Origin: an uncultured Oscillospiraceae bacterium
Lineage (GTDB): Bacteria > Bacillota > Clostridia > Oscillospirales > UBA644
Assembly (NCBI GenBank): GCA_964448355.1
Contig: CAYUWC010000005.1
Location: 5,898 to 69,897, forward strand
Length of the DNA stretch: 64,000 bases
Direction of reading: 5' to 3'
The position numbers and the translations under genes were made by a program. The notes below the pieces were generated by a model that saw nothing but the letters and a program-made list of their open reading frames with translations, ran no database searches and had not been told where the DNA came from. Shown piece by piece: positions 59,487 through 64,000 of the stretch (position 1 is its first letter; every line of letters begins with the position of its first letter).

Positions 59487-60974
59487 TTATGTTCTGGGTT
59501 TGGACGAGATAAGTTTGGCTTGAAGAACATAGCGGATCGGGCCGGACGGGTCGGCGCAGGTTGAAAGAGTGAGAACCTTGTCGCCTGCTTCGAGCTTAAC
59601 GTCGTAATCGCGGCTCTTGAGATAATTGTTGTACGTTGTATACTTATCCGTAAGCCTTGTTTTCCAGCCGGTCATAAAGCTGAGGAACGCATCGTTATCT
59701 GTCATAAACTCGTGGAGAGCTTCGGGATCCGTTGCAAGACTGATGGCTTTGAGAGGATCGGATTTTTGCAATTCTTCAAGCTTTGTTTTGATCGTTGCTT
59801 CGTCGTAATAATAATTTATCTGCAAATAATAATTCTTCTCGGAGTCTGTGTAATAACAAGCGAAAACTTTCCATACGGTAAGCTCATCGAGAGTGTTCAA
59901 ACAAATATACATATTGTTCGGATCGGTAAACCACTCTTTTTCGCGTGTAACATCTTCAAGCTGATCGAAAATATCGTCGCCTTTCGCGTGGCCGTAAAGG
60001 ATGGTGTTGGAGTCGAGAAGAAGCTCGTTGCGGAAATCGATATAACACGAGCCGGAATATTTGTACTTCTTATCCAAACCTTTGTCGAGATAATAATCGT
60101 TATCCGTTGTTTGCGCAACGGGGAAGTTCATATTTGTTCCGGGGACATAGAGCCAAGCGATAACGTCGGAATTTACTTTGTTAAACTCAAGAAGATTGTC
60201 CGAAATAAGGTAATGATCCGAATCCGTAACGGCTGCGGGAATGGACGGAAGTTTTACGGAAGACGATGAACCGCTGTTGCCGGAAGAAGAACTTGTTCCG
60301 GAAGAAGAATTACCCGAAGAAGAACCGCTGTTTGACTTAATATTAACGGAAACGGTGCAATCGGCAGTAAACAAGCCCTCCTGTGTTGTTACGGTAACGA
60401 TAGCGGAGCCTTTCTTTACGGCTGTAACGGTTCCGTTTTGATCTACGGTAACGACGCTTTCATCGGAGCTTGACCACGAAACGGTCTTGTTTGTTGCACT
60501 GAAAGGCGTAACGTCCGCAATAAGAGACGCCGTCTGACCTATTTCCGTGAGCGTAAGCTCTGTTTCGGAAATAATTACACCTGTGACAGGCGTATGAACG
60601 ACGGGAGGCTCGACTTCGGGCAATTCGACCGTAAATTTACATTCCGCAAAAACAGTGCCGTCCTCGGTGGAAACCTTTATGGTCGCTTCACCGTCGGAGA
60701 GAGGAACGACGGTATGTTCGTCGTTTATGTTAATAACATTATGATCGCTGTTGGACCAAACGATATTTTTGTTTGTTGCGTTTTCGGGCAAAACGACAGC
60801 CGAAAGACGAATGGACTCGTCCATGTCCGTAAAATGATACTCGGAAAGATTAAGCATTATTTTTTGGACTTCGACAGTATCGGGCTGATCGTCGCCATCG
60901 CAGGCAATAAACATAAAAAGACAGATGACCGACAAGAAAATTGCGGCAAAGATCTTACCGTATTTTTTTTGCAT
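59487..60974 (-). CDS. Lipoprotein: two Big_2 domains + Ser-rich linker + class B sortase
   Basis: Lipobox FIAC; two Ig-like repeats; AWLYVPGT, DNDYYL, LYGH and LTLSTC...RY motifs. Confidence 0.88.
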   Translation of the reverse strand: MQKKYGKIFAAIFLSVICLFMFIACDGDDQPDTVEVQKIMLNLSEYHFTDMDESIRLSAVVLPENATNKNIVWSNSDHNVININDEHTVVPLSDGEATIKVSTEDGTVFAECKFTVELPEVEPPVVHTPVTGVIISETELTLTEIGQTASLIADVTPFSATNKTVSWSSSDESVVTVDQNGTVTAVKKGSAIVTVTTQEGLFTADCTVSVNIKSNSGSSSGNSSSGTSSSSGNSGSSSSVKLPSIPAAVTDSDHYLISDNLLEFNKVNSDVIAWLYVPGTNMNFPVAQTTDNDYYLDKGLDKKYKYSGSCYIDFRNELLLDSNTILYGHAKGDDIFDQLEDVTREKEWFTDPNNMYICLNTLDELTVWKVFACYYTDSEKNYYLQINYYYDEATIKTKLEELQKSDPLKAISLATDPEALHEFMTDNDAFLSFMTGWKTRLTDKYTTYNNYLKSRDYDVKLEAGDKVLTLSTCADPSGPIRYVLQAKLISSKPRT

Positions 60975-61081
60975 AATTGACCTCCGTAGAGAAAAGATAG
61001 AAAAATTTGTTGTGTGTTAATTATTCGATACTATAATGATCGGATAAAGATGCCCCGTTTTTAAGACGGCAGATTTCATGC

Positions 61082-61113
61082 CACGCTGAATAACCGGCAC
61101 GCTGAATAACCGG
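61082..61113. repeat. Perfect 16-bp tandem duplication
   Basis: cacgctgaataaccgg twice. Confidence 0.85.
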
Positions 61114-61131
61114 GCAAACTCATTTATTGAA

Positions 61132-61159
61132 TTAGACGGTTTTTTTTACGAAAAGTTCC
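61132..61159 (-). promoter_or_regulatory. ECF sigma-type promoter upstream of the Big_2-sortase gene
   Basis: GGAACTTTTcgtaaaaaaaacCGTCTAA (AAC-N16-CGT). Confidence 0.75.
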
Positions 61160-61186
61160 GACGGCAAACGGCTGCCTGCCGTCGGA
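61157..61186 (-). terminator. Terminator of the transketolase operon
   Basis: tccgacggca/tgccgtcgga hairpin followed by a T run on the minus strand. Confidence 0.7.
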
Positions 61187-61200
61187 CAGGATCTCAGATG

Positions 61201-62181
61201 TTAAAACATGAACTCGTTTTCAAATTCGGGACAAACGGCAGCAATGATCTTTTTTGCGATCTCCTTTGCGGAAAAGCCGTAAAGCTCAAGCAATTCTTTG
61301 GGAGAACCGGATTTACCGAATTTATCCGCCGAGCCGATACGGATAAGCTCGGTGTGGCGGCGATTTGAAAGATCGAGTTCGGCGATCGTTTCAGCAACAG
61401 CGGAGCCGAGACCTCCGTAGATATTATGATCTTCGAGAGTAACGATAACTTTAGTGTCGTACACTGCATTTTTCACAACGTCTCTGTTCATGGGTTTTAT
61501 GCACGGAACATCGACGACACGAATTTTAAGACCGTTCTTTGCGAAGAGATCGCGGACTTCCATTGCCAGGGAATAGAACGGGCCGCAGAACATGACAGTT
61601 GCGAGGTCTCCGTCGGCAATAACGTCTGCCTGTTGGAGCGCAAAACTGTAATTTTCTTCATCGTTAACGCACGGCAAAGGAAGTCTGCCGAGGCGGATAT
61701 AAACAGGGCCGTCGTATTCCGCGGCAAAGCGGCAGGCAGCTTTTGTTGAACCGGCATCGGAAGGTGCAAGAACGACCATACCGGGTATCGAGCGCATAAG
61801 GCTGATATCTTCGAGGCATTGGTGAGTTGCGCCGTCTTCGCCCACCGTAAGACCTGCGTGAGTAGCGACGATTTTAACATTGTTATGCGGATAACAAATG
61901 CTGTTGCGTATTTGTTCGTATGCACGACCGGCAGCGAACATTGCAAAAGACGAGGCAAAAACGATATTGCCGCACGATGCTATACCTGCAGCGACAGACA
62001 TCATATTTCCTTCTGCGATACCGCAGTTTATATGACGATCCGGAAACTCTTTTTGGAACAAAGCGGTCTTGGTCGATTTTGTAAGATCGGCATCAAGAAC
62101 GAACATATTCGGGTATTTTTTTCCGAGCTCGACAAGAGCTTCACCGTATGCGTCTCTTTGAGCTTTCATCTTATCAGACAT
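61201..62181 (-). CDS. Transketolase, C-terminal subunit
   Basis: GIAEGNM, GEDGATHQ, GPVYIRLGR and EDH..GGLGS motifs. Confidence 0.95.
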   Translation of the reverse strand: MSDKMKAQRDAYGEALVELGKKYPNMFVLDADLTKSTKTALFQKEFPDRHINCGIAEGNMMSVAAGIASCGNIVFASSFAMFAAGRAYEQIRNSICYPHNNVKIVATHAGLTVGEDGATHQCLEDISLMRSIPGMVVLAPSDAGSTKAACRFAAEYDGPVYIRLGRLPLPCVNDEENYSFALQQADVIADGDLATVMFCGPFYSLAMEVRDLFAKNGLKIRVVDVPCIKPMNRDVVKNAVYDTKVIVTLEDHNIYGGLGSAVAETIAELDLSNRRHTELIRIGSADKFGKSGSPKELLELYGFSAKEIAKKIIAAVCPEFENEFMF

Positions 62182-62983
62182 TGGCTTCGATCTCCTTTAC
62201 TGCTTGTTCATACTGCTCTTTATTGGGTGCAACGCCGTGCCAGCTTGCGACATTTTCCATAAACGAAACGCCTTTGCCTTTTACGGTATGGCATACGACC
62301 GCCGTGGGCATACCTTTCGTTTCCTTTGCATTTTTGAGTGCGGCGCGGATCTCGTCCAAATTATGGCCGTCTATTTCAACAACGTTAAATCCGAACGCTT
62401 TCATTTTTTCGGGTATCGGAAGCGGAGACATGACGTTTGTTATATCGCCGTCGATCTGAAGACCGTTAAAATCTATAAAAACGCATAAATTATCGAGTTT
62501 ATAATGAGCTGCGAACATAAACGCTTCCCAGCACTGACCTTCTTCGAGCTCGCCGTCGCCCATCACGGTATAGACACGGTAGTTTTTGTTAAGTCTCTTA
62601 CCGCTGACAGCCATACCGCAAGCCGTGGAAATGCCCTGACCGAGAGAGCCTGTCGACATATCGACACCGGGAATATACTTCATATCGGGGTGACCCTCAA
62701 GGCGGCCGTCGATCTTTCTCAACGTTTTCATTTCTTCAACGGGGAAGAAGCCTTTGAGCGCAAGTGCCGCATAAAGAGACGCAGCGGCGTGTCCTTTTGA
62801 CAGAACAAAACGATCTCTGTCCGGATCGCGAACGTATTCTGCGGATTTGTTCATTTCTTCGTTAAAAAGAACGGCAATGATATCCGCGCAAGAGAGGGAT
62901 CCGCCGGGATGACCGTTTCCGGAATTATAGATAGCTTCAACTATCAGCTTCCGCATATTTTTAGCGAAATCTTTTGTTTCCAA
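62174..62983 (-). CDS. Transketolase, N-terminal subunit
   Basis: GHPGGSLS, LSKGH, TGSLGQG and GDGE...N motifs; start uncertain (TTG at 62983 or 62992). Confidence 0.95.
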   Translation of the reverse strand: METKDFAKNMRKLIVEAIYNSGNGHPGGSLSCADIIAVLFNEEMNKSAEYVRDPDRDRFVLSKGHAAASLYAALALKGFFPVEEMKTLRKIDGRLEGHPDMKYIPGVDMSTGSLGQGISTACGMAVSGKRLNKNYRVYTVMGDGELEEGQCWEAFMFAAHYKLDNLCVFIDFNGLQIDGDITNVMSPLPIPEKMKAFGFNVVEIDGHNLDEIRAALKNAKETKGMPTAVVCHTVKGKGVSFMENVASWHGVAPNKEQYEQAVKEIEANV

Positions 62984-63033
62984 AATACTCAACTCCAATT
63001 TCTGATTAGTCTGTAAAAATAACAACTATAACC

Positions 63034-63089
63034 CAACGCAGATGTTCCCTCGTTTAAACAAGGGTCACTGTAAACTGCTCCGATTTAAA
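63034..63089 (+). repeat. Interspersed element, copy D (internally deleted)
   Basis: caacgcagatgtt...caaggg...ctccgatttaaa; both ends retained in 56 bp. Confidence 0.6.
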
Positions 63090-63409
63090 GCCGTAATTCA
63101 CACTTATACTTTTACATTATATCAGAAAATCACGTGAAATGCAATAGGAAAATGCAACATATCGATAAAAAAGAGCGGAATTTTCTGCCTTATGTCGAGC
63201 AACTACGATCGAAAAACCGGCAAGAGATGTAAAAAAACAACTCTATTCGGAAAAGTTCGCTTTAAAATTTTCGGTTTTACTCTATGTTGATCTGCAAATA
63301 TTTTCCATGCGCTTTCCGTTTTCAAAATGATACCGAAACATCGTTTTGCTTACCGTGCCCCAAACAAGCAATTTACGCAATTGTAGAAAAAAACTCCACA
63401 AACGTGACC

Positions 63410-63438
63410 TTGTATTCCGAAATGATTTCGTGTATAAT
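63410..63438 (+). promoter_or_regulatory. sigA promoter with a palindrome in the spacer
   Basis: TTGTAT-17-TATAAT with cgaaat-g-atttcg at 63418-63430. Confidence 0.6.
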
Positions 63439-63506
63439 AAGTCCATAAAGCGGCGCTGCTTTTGATCAAACAAAATTTCAATCAAACAATACAGGAGATA
63501 ATTTTT

Positions 63507-64000
63507 ATGAAACTTAACATCGGAGAAAATATAAAACGACTTCGCAGACAAAAAGATATGACGCAAGAAGATTTTGCGGAACTTTTGGGCGTTTCCTGCC
63601 AATCCGTATCGAGATGGGAGACGGGAACTTGCTATCCCGACATGGAACTTTTGCCGACGATCTCGGACATTTTTCAGGTCACGGCAGACAGTCTGCTCGG
63701 AATAAACGAGGCTGTCGAGAAAGCTCACGTTGCGCAATATCTGGAGCGTTACGGCGAAGCTATCAGTCAGGGAAAGATCTACGACGCCATTGCAGCGGCA
63801 CGTCAGGGCGTTTCGGAATATCCCAACAACTATGTTTTACTCAACAAATTGATGGAAGCACTTTTCATTTCGGGCGATGATGACGGAAATATTTCCGAAT
63901 GGAAAGAAAACAAAGAAAAATACGATCCCGAAATAACGGCACTCGGCGAGAGGATCATAGCTTATTGTCCGGATCAGGATATACGTCTTGAAGCGACATG
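63507..64000 (+). CDS. XRE-family HTH regulator with helical (TPR-like) C-terminus, partial
   Basis: Not in the track. AGGAG RBS, then MKLNIGENIKRLRRQKDMTQEDFAELLGVSCQSVSRWETG; open to the window end. Confidence 0.9.
   Translation, partial: MKLNIGENIKRLRRQKDMTQEDFAELLGVSCQSVSRWETGTCYPDMELLPTISDIFQVTADSLLGINEAVEKAHVAQYLERYGEAISQGKIYDAIAAARQGVSEYPNNYVLLNKLMEALFISGDDDGNISEWKENKEKYDPEITALGERIIAYCPDQDIRLEAT

Overview
Chromosomal window from a spore-forming Clostridia-class bacterium, mostly housekeeping: rsmD-coaD, hpf, a gerA-type germinant receptor operon, tsaC-coaE-M18 peptidase, metK, ispE-alaS, smc-ftsY with a divergent topoisomerase IV-like pair, spoIIAA-spoIIAB-sigF, trpS and split transketolase. 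I saw no rRNA, tRNA, CRISPR array, transposase or prophage. The features these genes do not explain are: (1) five diverged copies of an intergenic element (TAACGCAGATG...CTGCGT...TCCGATTT, about 130 bp when full length) with a long-range closing stem; (2) three matching ECF-sigma promoters (GGAACTTTT-N12-CGTCT) ahead of envelope genes; (3) a three-gene membrane operon ending in a protein with a tandem 6-Cys extracellular module and a duplicated cytoplasmic domain; (4) an AT-rich secreted C39-like cysteine peptidase paired with a lipoprotein; (5) Ig-stalked lipoprotein wall enzymes (Big_2-GHL10-amidase and Big_2-sortase B) and a PBP5 homolog lacking its catalytic motifs; (6) a structured metK leader that may be a variant SAM riboswitch. 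All family calls come from motif recognition by eye, not database searches.
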